A DNA stretch of 64,000 bases. It comes from an uncultured Gammaproteobacteria bacterium (GTDB lineage: Bacteria; Pseudomonadota; Gammaproteobacteria; Steroidobacterales; Woeseiaceae). The translations under genes and the position numbers were made by a program. The DNA lies in NCBI GenBank assembly GCA_913063505.1, contig CAJXYT010000001.1, positions 7,345 through 71,344 on the forward strand, given 5' to 3'. Under the pieces are notes generated by a model. The model saw only the letters and a list, made by a program, of their open reading frames with translations, searched no databases and had not been told where the DNA came from. How positions within the stretch are numbered: the stretch's first letter is position 1; every line of letters starts with the position of its first letter. This document shows positions 45,183 to 53,334 of this stretch, piece by piece.

Positions 45183-46577
45183 ATGCTAAAACCTTCGTTG
45201 CAGCTAAAAATTGGTCAGTCATTAACCATGACGCCACAACTGCAGCAGGCCATTCGCCTGTTGCAGTTGCCCATTCTGGATCTGCATGCACAGATTCAAG
45301 AAGCGCTCGAAGAAAATATTATGCTCGAGATGGAAGATCTTCCTGATGTTCTGAGCACCAATGCCGAGTCCACTGTCGAAGTGGAGGCCATTACAGCCGA
45401 TGAACTGTGGCAATCACGAGTGGTCGAACAATCGCAGGATGGCGGCTGGAATGGAGAAGATCGACCGATCACCGAATTCGCTGACGAATCGGGCGAGACC
45501 CTGCATGAACATCTCAATTGGCAATTGGAGACCGAAAGATTCACCGCCCGCGAAATATTGATCGGTGAGGCGCTCGTCGACTCTATTAATGACGACGGTT
45601 ATCTGACCGACGACGTAGAGGAAATAATCACGAGCCTGGACGAACAGCCTCCGGTCATGGTGAAGGAAGCCGAAAAAACGTTGTTGAAAATCCAACGCCT
45701 CGATCCAGTCGGCGTTGGTGCTCGATCGCTTTCCGAGTGTGTTGTGCGTCAGATCGAACAGCTCGACGTCAGTACACCGGGTTATCAACTCGCCCTCAGC
45801 ATCGCTGGCGGCCATCTCGACCTTGTCGCCAGCCGGGACTACGGGGAATTGCGTCGCGGGCTTCGCATCTCAGAGGAGCATTTGCACGAAGCGCTGGCAC
45901 TTGTCAGAGCGTGCAACCCGAAGCCTGGTCTTGTGATCAGCCCGACGGCGGCTCAATACGTCATTCCAGATGTATTTGTTCGAAAGATCGACAATCGATG
46001 GCAAGTAGAAATCAGTCCGGCCGGAATTCCGAAGCTTTCAGTCAATCAACAATACGCCAAGCTACTTCGCGGCAGCAGTGAACATGCCGTTTTGAAGACT
46101 CAACTTCAGGAGGCCCGTTGGTTTATTCGCAGTCTTGAAATTAGCAATGAGACATTGATGAAAGTCGCCACGAGTATCGTGTCGCGTCAGGTGGGCTTCC
46201 TCGAACTCGGCGACGAAGCGATGAAGCCAATGGTGCTGCGAGACATCGCAGAAGAAATCGGTATGCACGAGTCGACGATTTCACGTGTAACCACTAATAA
46301 GTACATGCACACGCCTCGTGGTGTCTTCGAATTCAAGTTTTTCTTCTCCAGCCACCTCCCCTCAGACAGCGGCGAAGACCAGTCCTCGACGTCGGTTCGC
46401 GCAAAAATTCGCAAGATGATTGCTGCAGAGAACCCGGCGAAACCACTGAGTGACAACAAGGTCACGAACTTACTTAAGGATGAGGGCATCTCAGTTGCGA
46501 GAAGAACGGTCGCGAAGTACCGTGAAGCTATGAGCATCTCGTCATCGAGTGAACGCAGGACTCGCGAGACGAAATAA
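45183..46577 (+). CDS. rpoN: RNA polymerase sigma-54
   Basis: MLKPSLQLKIGQSLTMTPQLQQAIRLLQL N-terminus and the RpoN box ARRTVAKYRE. Confidence 0.98.
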   Translation: MLKPSLQLKIGQSLTMTPQLQQAIRLLQLPILDLHAQIQEALEENIMLEMEDLPDVLSTNAESTVEVEAITADELWQSRVVEQSQDGGWNGEDRPITEFADESGETLHEHLNWQLETERFTAREILIGEALVDSINDDGYLTDDVEEIITSLDEQPPVMVKEAEKTLLKIQRLDPVGVGARSLSECVVRQIEQLDVSTPGYQLALSIAGGHLDLVASRDYGELRRGLRISEEHLHEALALVRACNPKPGLVISPTAAQYVIPDVFVRKIDNRWQVEISPAGIPKLSVNQQYAKLLRGSSEHAVLKTQLQEARWFIRSLEISNETLMKVATSIVSRQVGFLELGDEAMKPMVLRDIAEEIGMHESTISRVTTNKYMHTPRGVFEFKFFFSSHLPSDSGEDQSSTSVRAKIRKMIAAENPAKPLSDNKVTNLLKDEGISVARRTVAKYREAMSISSSSERRTRETK

Positions 46578-46669
46578 GCGATTAGGTAGTAATCACGATA
46601 CAGGAGGACTTTGAGACCGCCATTCTGATCCAATAAAGGACCGTAAGATAACTAAAACTGGAGACAGCT

Positions 46670-46990
46670 ATGCAATTGAATGTTTCAGGTCATCACGTCG
46701 AAGTAACCGATTCGCTAAGAGAATACGTCGAATCCAAAATTCAAAAAACAGCCCGTCACTTTGACCTCGTGTCTGACGTCCATTGTATCCTGACCGTTGA
46801 AAAGCTCCGTCACAAAGCTGAGGCAACAGTTCATGTGAATGGTGGTACGATCTACGCCGATCATACCGAAGAGGACATGTACGCCGCGATCGATGGTCTT
46901 GTGGACAAAATTGAAAGACGAGTCAGAAAATACAAAGAAAAACTCGTCGATCACCACGTCAAAGATAAAGAGAAGATCAGGTACGCCTGA
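46670..46990 (+). CDS. hpf: Ribosome hibernation promoting factor (short form)
   Basis: MQLNVSGHHVEVTDSLREYV is the typical HPF/YfiA N-terminus. Lies downstream of rpoN. Confidence 0.94.
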   Translation: MQLNVSGHHVEVTDSLREYVESKIQKTARHFDLVSDVHCILTVEKLRHKAEATVHVNGGTIYADHTEEDMYAAIDGLVDKIERRVRKYKEKLVDHHVKDKEKIRYA

Positions 46991-47011
46991 ACCGCATATG
47001 ATCTATGCGGT
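46991..47011 (+). other. Perfect 8-bp hairpin directly after the hpf stop
   Basis: ACCGCATA-tgatc-TATGCGGT starts 1 nt after the TGA. There is no T-tract, so it is probably a stabiliser or processing stem rather than a full terminator. Confidence 0.4.
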
Positions 47012-47047
47012 CGGACGGCCATATAGATCGTAAGCGAACCCAATCCA

Positions 47048-47542
47048 ATGCTGCTCGAAGAAATCATCAAGCCCGATGGCGTACTTTGTAACGTTACAGC
47101 GCGAAGCAAGAAACATTGCCTCGAAATTCTTAGCGAATTACTGGTCCGGTCATACCCGGAAATCGCCAGCGATCGGATTTTCAGAAGCCTGAATCAACGC
47201 GAGCGACTCGGCTGCACCGGGCTCGACAGCGGCGCGGCATTTCCGCACTGTCGCGTTGATGATCTGGAATTTAGTAATGCCGCGCTGATCAAGCTATCTG
47301 AACCAGTGGATTTTGACGCTGCTGACGGTGAACCCGTCGATTTGATACTTGGCATGATGGTCCCGACCGAGCTCGATGATAACCATTATGCGGATATCAA
47401 AATAGTCACCCAGGTTCTCGCCGATGAAGGGATGCGCTCTCGCCTGCGTGGAATGAATTCGAGCAGCGACCTCTACAAAGCATTGCTCAACGGTTCTGCG
47501 TTAGTTGCGCCAAATCAGCTGTGCGACGCGCAGGGAAACTGA
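47048..47542 (+). CDS. ptsN: Nitrogen-related PTS EIIA (PtsN)
   Basis: 164-aa PTS EIIA-2 fold with the active-site context GAAFPHCRV. Position after hpf fits. Confidence 0.9.
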   Translation: MLLEEIIKPDGVLCNVTARSKKHCLEILSELLVRSYPEIASDRIFRSLNQRERLGCTGLDSGAAFPHCRVDDLEFSNAALIKLSEPVDFDAADGEPVDLILGMMVPTELDDNHYADIKIVTQVLADEGMRSRLRGMNSSSDLYKALLNGSALVAPNQLCDAQGN

Positions 47543-47570
47543 CCACTGTAGTCTCACGACCACAGCTACT

Positions 47571-47933
47571 ATGTCGAAAGATCTTTGACTGATTATAGTC
47601 AGCGGCCTATCAGGGTCCGGCAAAACAGTCGCGCTACATGTTATCGAAGACCTCGGCTACTACTAAATAGACAATATTTCGACGGCCCTCTGAAGCCTGC
47701 AGTCCGGGAGGTTCACTCTTGCGACGTGGTGGCTGCCGAATTGGTTGTGGTTGGGGTCGATGCGCGCAATCGACCGCAAGACCTCGAGGCACCACCTAGA
47801 TTAATCGACGATCTGCGTGCGCAAGATGCCAGGAGTCAGGACCGAAAAGCTCGCTACCGAGCTGCGCAAACATCACGAGCCCATTCTCACATGCCACAAC
47901 AACCTGACGCATCATCGAATCCAGCTGGACTAA
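47571..47933 (+). pseudogene. rapZ: rapZ (RNase adapter / P-loop protein YhbJ) pseudogene
   Basis: ATG at 47571 gives [33 protein letters not shown]. This is the RapZ N-terminus and Walker A, with TGA at 47586 and TAA at 47664. A frameshift then leads to ...AELVVVGVDARNRPQDLEAPPRLIDDLRAQ (compare E. coli [21 protein letters not shown]). A third frame reads VRTEKLATELRKHHEP..., resembling the extreme C-terminus (HRSVYIAEQLADYF). Only about 360 nt remain of an expected 850 nt. Confidence 0.8.
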
Positions 47934-47952
47934 GCTGCTAAACTCCGCCGAC

Positions 47953-49302
47953 ATGGATGCTAGAGAGCCGACCAAGAACAACCTCGATGAGCTGCGCGAG
48001 CAGTTGGACGGTGGACGTATGCGTCCAGCTCGCATCATGGTCAACAGCCTGCACCCATCCGAAGTCGCTCGCCTGCTTGAGTCCCTGCCGCATAAGAAAC
48101 GCAGCATACTCTGGGAGCTCGTCGACCCTGAAATCGAAGGTGACGTTCTTGTAGAAGTCTCCGATGAGGTTCGGGACGGCCTCATAGAGGGTATGCAGAC
48201 CGAGGAACTGATCGCGGCTGCCGAAGGTATGGAGGTCGATGATCTCGCTGACTTGTTAGTCGATCTACCGGAAACGGTCACTCAGGAGGTCCTTCAGTCC
48301 CTCGACAAGCAAGATCAAGAGCGTGTGCGACAGGTGCTCGCCTATGATGAGGAAAGCGCGGGCGGCCTGATGAACGTCGATATCGTGACGGTGCGACCAG
48401 ACGTCACTTTGGAGGTGGTGTGTCGATACTTGCGAGCCGTCGGAGAAGTTTCCGACGGGACGGACTCGATTTACGTTGTAAGTCGAGACGATAGCTATAT
48501 TGGCTCACTCTATTTGTCGACGATTCTGACTAGCGATCCGCTCAATATGGTAGCGGATGTCATGCACACAGACGTGATGCCGATTTCGGCAGATACGTCG
48601 TCGGCTCAGGTCGTCTGGGAGTTTGAAAATCGCGACTTGCTATCCGCTCCAGTTGTCGATGACGATTTTCGTGTGCTCGGTCGAATCACCGTAGACGATG
48701 TCGTCGATGTCATTCGAGACGAGGCGGAACATTCTCTGATGGGTGCAGCCGGCCTCGATGAAGAGGATGACATGTTTGCGCCAGTCGTCAAAAGTGCTAG
48801 CCGCCGTGCCTTGTGGCTGGGTATAAATCTTTGCACCGCATTCCTAGCCGCCGCCGTCGTTGATCAGTTTCAAACCGCACTTACAGAAATCGTCTTGCTG
48901 GCGGTGCTCATGCCCGTTGTACCCAGCATGGGCGGCGTAGCAGGCACACAATCATTGACCATTATTACGCGTGCAATGGCGCTCGGCCAAATAAACAAAG
49001 ACAACGCCATCGGAATCCTTCGCAAGGAATTCATGGTTGGCCTATTAAACGGTATCGGATGGGCAATAGTGGTATCGCTATTGACCTTTCTGTGGCTTGG
49101 CGAATGGAAAATCGGCGGGATCATCGGCGCCGCAATCATTATCAATATGGTTTTCGCGGCTCTCGCTGGCTTCAGCATTCCGCTGATTCTGAAACGAATG
49201 AAAATCGATCCGGCGCTCGGCGGCGGCGTAGTGCTCACTACGATCACCGATGTCATCGGCTATGCAACATTCCTGGGGCTTGGTGCGGCGGTTTACTTGT
49301 AA
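47953..49302 (+). CDS. mgtE: Magnesium transporter MgtE
   Basis: 449 aa with an N-domain, tandem CBS domains and a C-terminal five-TM MgtE channel domain (PVVPSMGGVAGTQS, TDVIGYATFLG). Confidence 0.95.
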   Translation: MDAREPTKNNLDELREQLDGGRMRPARIMVNSLHPSEVARLLESLPHKKRSILWELVDPEIEGDVLVEVSDEVRDGLIEGMQTEELIAAAEGMEVDDLADLLVDLPETVTQEVLQSLDKQDQERVRQVLAYDEESAGGLMNVDIVTVRPDVTLEVVCRYLRAVGEVSDGTDSIYVVSRDDSYIGSLYLSTILTSDPLNMVADVMHTDVMPISADTSSAQVVWEFENRDLLSAPVVDDDFRVLGRITVDDVVDVIRDEAEHSLMGAAGLDEEDDMFAPVVKSASRRALWLGINLCTAFLAAAVVDQFQTALTEIVLLAVLMPVVPSMGGVAGTQSLTIITRAMALGQINKDNAIGILRKEFMVGLLNGIGWAIVVSLLTFLWLGEWKIGGIIGAAIIINMVFAALAGFSIPLILKRMKIDPALGGGVVLTTITDVIGYATFLGLGAAVYL

Positions 49303-49305
49303 CGA

Positions 49306-50532
49306 TCAGCTGTCGTCAGATCGAAAAGAACTAAGGTCCCTTTTAATCCAGGTTGGCGCGAATAATCTCGGTACGTCGGCCCCACGAACAAAGGCCTCGA
49401 GCTCATCTTTGACTTTCATCGCATCTTTGTAACCCAGCGCGATCAGCTCCCGCGTGTAAGCCTTTTCGAACAACAGAAAACTTAACAGTTTGTTTTCACC
49501 TGGTCTCTTGCTGCCTACGCCACGCAGGAGCGCACGGATGGCGAACGGCAGTTCTTGCCTATGACGAAACGCGATGTCTCGCAGATCTTCGCTAGGAACG
49601 ACCAACATCGTATCAATTGGCCGTACCCCTTTCATCGCTCCCTTTTGTTCTTGCTCTGGTACGGAATCGATAAGTTCGTTTATGCGCGTGATGCGTTCTA
49701 GATCCGAGTACAGGCCATCCATGAACAGTGTGTCGAGCATATAGCCTGCAATCTGACCGAAGCTCGGTGGTGGCCCCAATTCGGTGGATTCTTTTTCACC
49801 CGTTTCGTCGCGAATACCGATGACAAGGATTCTGTCGGCACCAAGATGAACAGCGGGACTCAAGGGTGTCGCCTGTCGCATTGCGCCATCGCCATGGTAT
49901 TCGTTGCCGATTCTCTGCGGCGGGAAAATCATGGGCACGGCGATACTCGCCATTAAATGATCAAGATTAAGATTTGATTGAATCCCGAGGCGGCGCGTCC
50001 GATCCCAGTCGCCAAGTTCCGGCGCGCCCTCAAAAAACGATTTGGAGCGCGCCGACCCATACCCCGCCGCCGTCACTGCAACCGCCTCCAGATGACCATT
50101 CTCAATCGATTGTTGAATTCTGGAGAAATGGATGTTCTTACTCAACAGTCTCCGCAAAGGTGCGTTATCCAGCAACGACTTGGGTGTTCCCACTAACCAA
50201 CCACCCAATACGATCGACGACAGCCAGTGCACGCTACTCCTAAGCATTGTGAGATGGTCGGTTTTGTATACGTGGTTACATCGAAAATGTGCCCATACGT
50301 GCTCAAGCTCTGCCAGAGCCGAACGAAAATGTGCTGCTCTGGACGCCAGGACGACCGCATTTACCGCACCGGCGGAAGTACCGCTAATAATCGGGAACGG
50401 ATTCGGGCTGGATCTAGGCAGAATTTCAGCAATCGCTTTGAGCACGCCAACCTGAAAGGCACCACGTGCGCCGCCGCCCGGGAGTACGAGTGCTGCTTTC
50501 TTGGATTCAGACGGATTTGTCATAAAGCTCAT
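49306..50532 (-). CDS. Patatin-like phospholipase family protein
   Basis: Oxyanion GGGARGAFQVG, nucleophile elbow GTSAGA and a downstream DGA-type Asp motif (HGDGAM). Confidence 0.9.
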   Translation of the reverse strand: MSFMTNPSESKKAALVLPGGGARGAFQVGVLKAIAEILPRSSPNPFPIISGTSAGAVNAVVLASRAAHFRSALAELEHVWAHFRCNHVYKTDHLTMLRSSVHWLSSIVLGGWLVGTPKSLLDNAPLRRLLSKNIHFSRIQQSIENGHLEAVAVTAAGYGSARSKSFFEGAPELGDWDRTRRLGIQSNLNLDHLMASIAVPMIFPPQRIGNEYHGDGAMRQATPLSPAVHLGADRILVIGIRDETGEKESTELGPPPSFGQIAGYMLDTLFMDGLYSDLERITRINELIDSVPEQEQKGAMKGVRPIDTMLVVPSEDLRDIAFRHRQELPFAIRALLRGVGSKRPGENKLLSFLLFEKAYTRELIALGYKDAMKVKDELEAFVRGADVPRLFAPTWIKRDLSSFRSDDS

Positions 50533-50632
50533 TTAATAATGTTACGGATCGTACAAAGGAGCGTATTATAGTGCCATGGTGGCTGACGTTATCTATTTCA
50601 TGTCACCACTGCTTAATTAAGGGACCCAATTT

Positions 50633-51181
50633 ATGAAGCAATTTATTAAAACGACCCCTGGCATACTTGCTCTTATTATCGCTGCGCTGGCTTTTACATC
50701 TACCGGTATAGCCAATGATCAAACCGTGGTTGGCAGCCCTGCCCCCGAATTTGAACTACCCGATCAGTCGGGTCAACTGCATTCATTGGAAGACTACCGC
50801 AATCAATGGGTTGTGTTGTATTTCTATCCCAAGGATGAGACGCCAGGCTGCACAACCGAAGCCTGCGAGTTTCGCGACAACATTTTCGCGTATCGAGATT
50901 TGAACGCTCAAATTCTTGGCGTCAGTATGGACGATGTCGATTCTCACAAAGCATTCGCAGAAAACCATGGACTGCCTTTCCCGCTTCTGGCCGACGTCGG
51001 CGGTGCAGCATCAACGGCCTATGGCGTCAAAGCACGAATGTTCGGGATGACCGTCGCAAAACGGCAAACATTTATTATTTCTCCCGATGGGGTAATCGCT
51101 AAACACTACGAGAAAGTGAAGCCTGATTCACATTCTTCAGAGGTGCTTGCGGATTTAAAAGAATTAGGGGCCGGTGGGTAA
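50633..51181 (+). CDS. bcp: Bcp/PrxQ-type peroxiredoxin with N-terminal signal peptide
   Basis: YFYPKDETPGCTTEAC peroxidatic-Cys motif. The N-terminus MKQFIKTTPGILALIIAALAFTSTGIA looks like a Sec signal. Confidence 0.88.
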   Translation: MKQFIKTTPGILALIIAALAFTSTGIANDQTVVGSPAPEFELPDQSGQLHSLEDYRNQWVVLYFYPKDETPGCTTEACEFRDNIFAYRDLNAQILGVSMDDVDSHKAFAENHGLPFPLLADVGGAASTAYGVKARMFGMTVAKRQTFIISPDGVIAKHYEKVKPDSHSSEVLADLKELGAGG

Positions 51182-51252
51182 GAAGCCAGCGCGCGAATAC
51201 ATTCATCGCTTAGCCGGAAATACACTCCGATCGTATTCCCACGCCGGCCTCT

Positions 51253-52428
51253 TCAGCGCAACGCTTTAATGCCTTCCTCTAGACCCGCGATCGTTAGGGG
51301 GTACATACGGTCATCCATTAGGTCTCTAATTAGCTTTACGGATGGTGTGTAATCCCAGCGGGTTTTCGGTTCTGGATTTAACCAGATGGCTTTGGGGTAG
51401 GTACTCAGTAAGCGCTTGATCCAAACTGCGCCGGGCTCTTCGTTCCAGTGTTCAACGCTACCGCCTGGGTAGACGATTTCGTAGGGACTCATTGTCGCGT
51501 CACCGACGAAAATCAGTTTGTAGTCTGAAGTGTATTTATGCGTAATATCAAGCGTTGAGGTCTTTTCGGATTGCCGACGTCGATTGTCTTTCCACATACT
51601 TTCATAAACGAAGTTGTGGAAATAGAAATACTCAAGGTGTTTAAATTCGCTGCTGGCGGCCGAAAAAGTTTCCTCACAAATATGGACGTGGTCGTCCATT
51701 GAGCCGCCGATGTCGAGGCACAACAGTATCTTCACTGCATTATGGCGTTCCGGGACCATACGGATATCTAACATCCCACCATTGCGGGCCGTCTTGTCTA
51801 TCGTGTCGTTCAGATCCAGCTGGTTAGTGGCACCTTCTCGTGCGAACTTTCTCAAGCGACGCATCGCCACTTTGATATTTCGCGTACCGAGCTCAACGGA
51901 GTCATCAAGGTTTCGGTATTCGCGTTTCTCCCATACTTTTGCGGCGCTACGGTTTCGGGACCCTTGTTGACCGATGCGAATGCCTTCCGGGTTATAACCG
52001 TAAGCTCCAAATGGTGACACGCCAGCGGTGCCTATCCATTTACTGCCGCCCTCATGACGTTCATTCTGCTCGTCAAGGCGCTCTTGCAGGGCCCTCATGA
52101 GTTCATCAAAGCCGCTCATTGATTCAATGAGCTTCTTCTCCTCCTCAGACAATTGCAATTCTGCTTGAAGTTGCAACCATTCTTCGGGGATCTCCTGCAG
52201 CAGATCGGAAAGCGAATCGTCAACGCCCTTGAAGTAGGCACCAAATATTCTGTCGAATCGATCCAGGTGCGCCTCGTCTTTTACGAGCGCCGATCTCGCG
52301 AGGAAATAGAAATCATCCACGCTCTGGCCCGCTAGGCCGCTTTTCATCGCTTCGTGTAGCGTCAATAACTCAGTTATCGACGTTTTCATGCCGCCTTCGC
52401 GCAGCATATAAAAAAACGGAATCAGCAT
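51253..52428 (-). CDS. VWA-domain protein, CoxE-like
   Basis: 391 aa. The C-terminal VWA fold has a MIDAS-like LCLDIGGSMD (DxGxS rather than DxSxS). The N-terminal region is as in CoxE-family partners of MoxR ATPases. Lies 17 nt downstream of the AAA+ gene. Confidence 0.8.
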   Translation of the reverse strand: MLIPFFYMLREGGMKTSITELLTLHEAMKSGLAGQSVDDFYFLARSALVKDEAHLDRFDRIFGAYFKGVDDSLSDLLQEIPEEWLQLQAELQLSEEEKKLIESMSGFDELMRALQERLDEQNERHEGGSKWIGTAGVSPFGAYGYNPEGIRIGQQGSRNRSAAKVWEKREYRNLDDSVELGTRNIKVAMRRLRKFAREGATNQLDLNDTIDKTARNGGMLDIRMVPERHNAVKILLCLDIGGSMDDHVHICEETFSAASSEFKHLEYFYFHNFVYESMWKDNRRRQSEKTSTLDITHKYTSDYKLIFVGDATMSPYEIVYPGGSVEHWNEEPGAVWIKRLLSTYPKAIWLNPEPKTRWDYTPSVKLIRDLMDDRMYPLTIAGLEEGIKALR

Positions 52429-52445
52429 GGGTGAGCTTCTTGTCG

Positions 52446-53303
52446 CTACTGTGGATTGGTGCGCCGATCGAGGAACACGAGTTGCTCGAACAAATGGACG
52501 TCTTGCTCGTTCTTCAATAACGCACCGTACAAGGGAGGAATTGCTCTTTGAGCGTTCTCAGTGTGTAACGCTTCAATAGATATGTCTTCGGCCAGCAGCA
52601 GTTTTATCCAGTCAAGCAATTCCGAGGTCGATGGCTTCTTCTTCAAACCTCGCACATCGCGCACCTTGTAGAAAGCCTTCAACGCTTCAGAGAGCAGCTC
52701 TTTCTTGAGGCTAGGGAAATGGACATCAACAATCTGCGCCATCGTTTCCTGATCTGGGAACTTGATGTAGTGAAAAAAGCAGCGCCGCAAAAACGCGTCT
52801 GGCAATTCTTTTTCATTGTTGCTAGTAATAATAATGATTGGTCGGTGCCGCGCCTTGACAAGCTCCTTTGTCTCATAGACATAGAACTCCATGCGATCAA
52901 GTTCCTGCAATAGATCATTTGGAAACTCTATATCGGCTTTGTCGATCTCATCGATCAGGAGAACTGGCTGCTCTACACAATCAAATGCCTCCCAGACCTT
53001 GCCGTGCATAATATAATTTGAGATGTCGTGAACCTTGTCATCCCCTAGCTGCGAGTCGCGCAGACGAGCTACGGCATCATATTCGTACAGCCCCTGCTGT
53101 GCCTTGGTCGTGGACTTGATGTGCCATTCGAATAATGGCTTACCCATTGACTTAGCGACTTCTATCGCTAATTGGGTTTTGCCAGTACCAGGCTCACCTT
53201 TGATAAGGATTGGACGCTCGAGTGTCACAGCGGCATTGACTGCCATGCTCAGGTCATCAGTGGCGATATAGGAGTTGGTGCCTTTGAATCTGCTGTCGAT
53301 CAT
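52446..53303 (-). CDS. MoxR-class AAA+ ATPase (CoxD-like)
   Basis: Walker A GEPGTGKT, Walker B LLIDEIDKA. 285 aa, a single AAA+ module. Confidence 0.88.
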   Translation of the reverse strand: MIDSRFKGTNSYIATDDLSMAVNAAVTLERPILIKGEPGTGKTQLAIEVAKSMGKPLFEWHIKSTTKAQQGLYEYDAVARLRDSQLGDDKVHDISNYIMHGKVWEAFDCVEQPVLLIDEIDKADIEFPNDLLQELDRMEFYVYETKELVKARHRPIIIITSNNEKELPDAFLRRCFFHYIKFPDQETMAQIVDVHFPSLKKELLSEALKAFYKVRDVRGLKKKPSTSELLDWIKLLLAEDISIEALHTENAQRAIPPLYGALLKNEQDVHLFEQLVFLDRRTNPQ

Positions 53304-53334
53304 GCCATTTTCCGGATTGTACGTTCACCGCATC

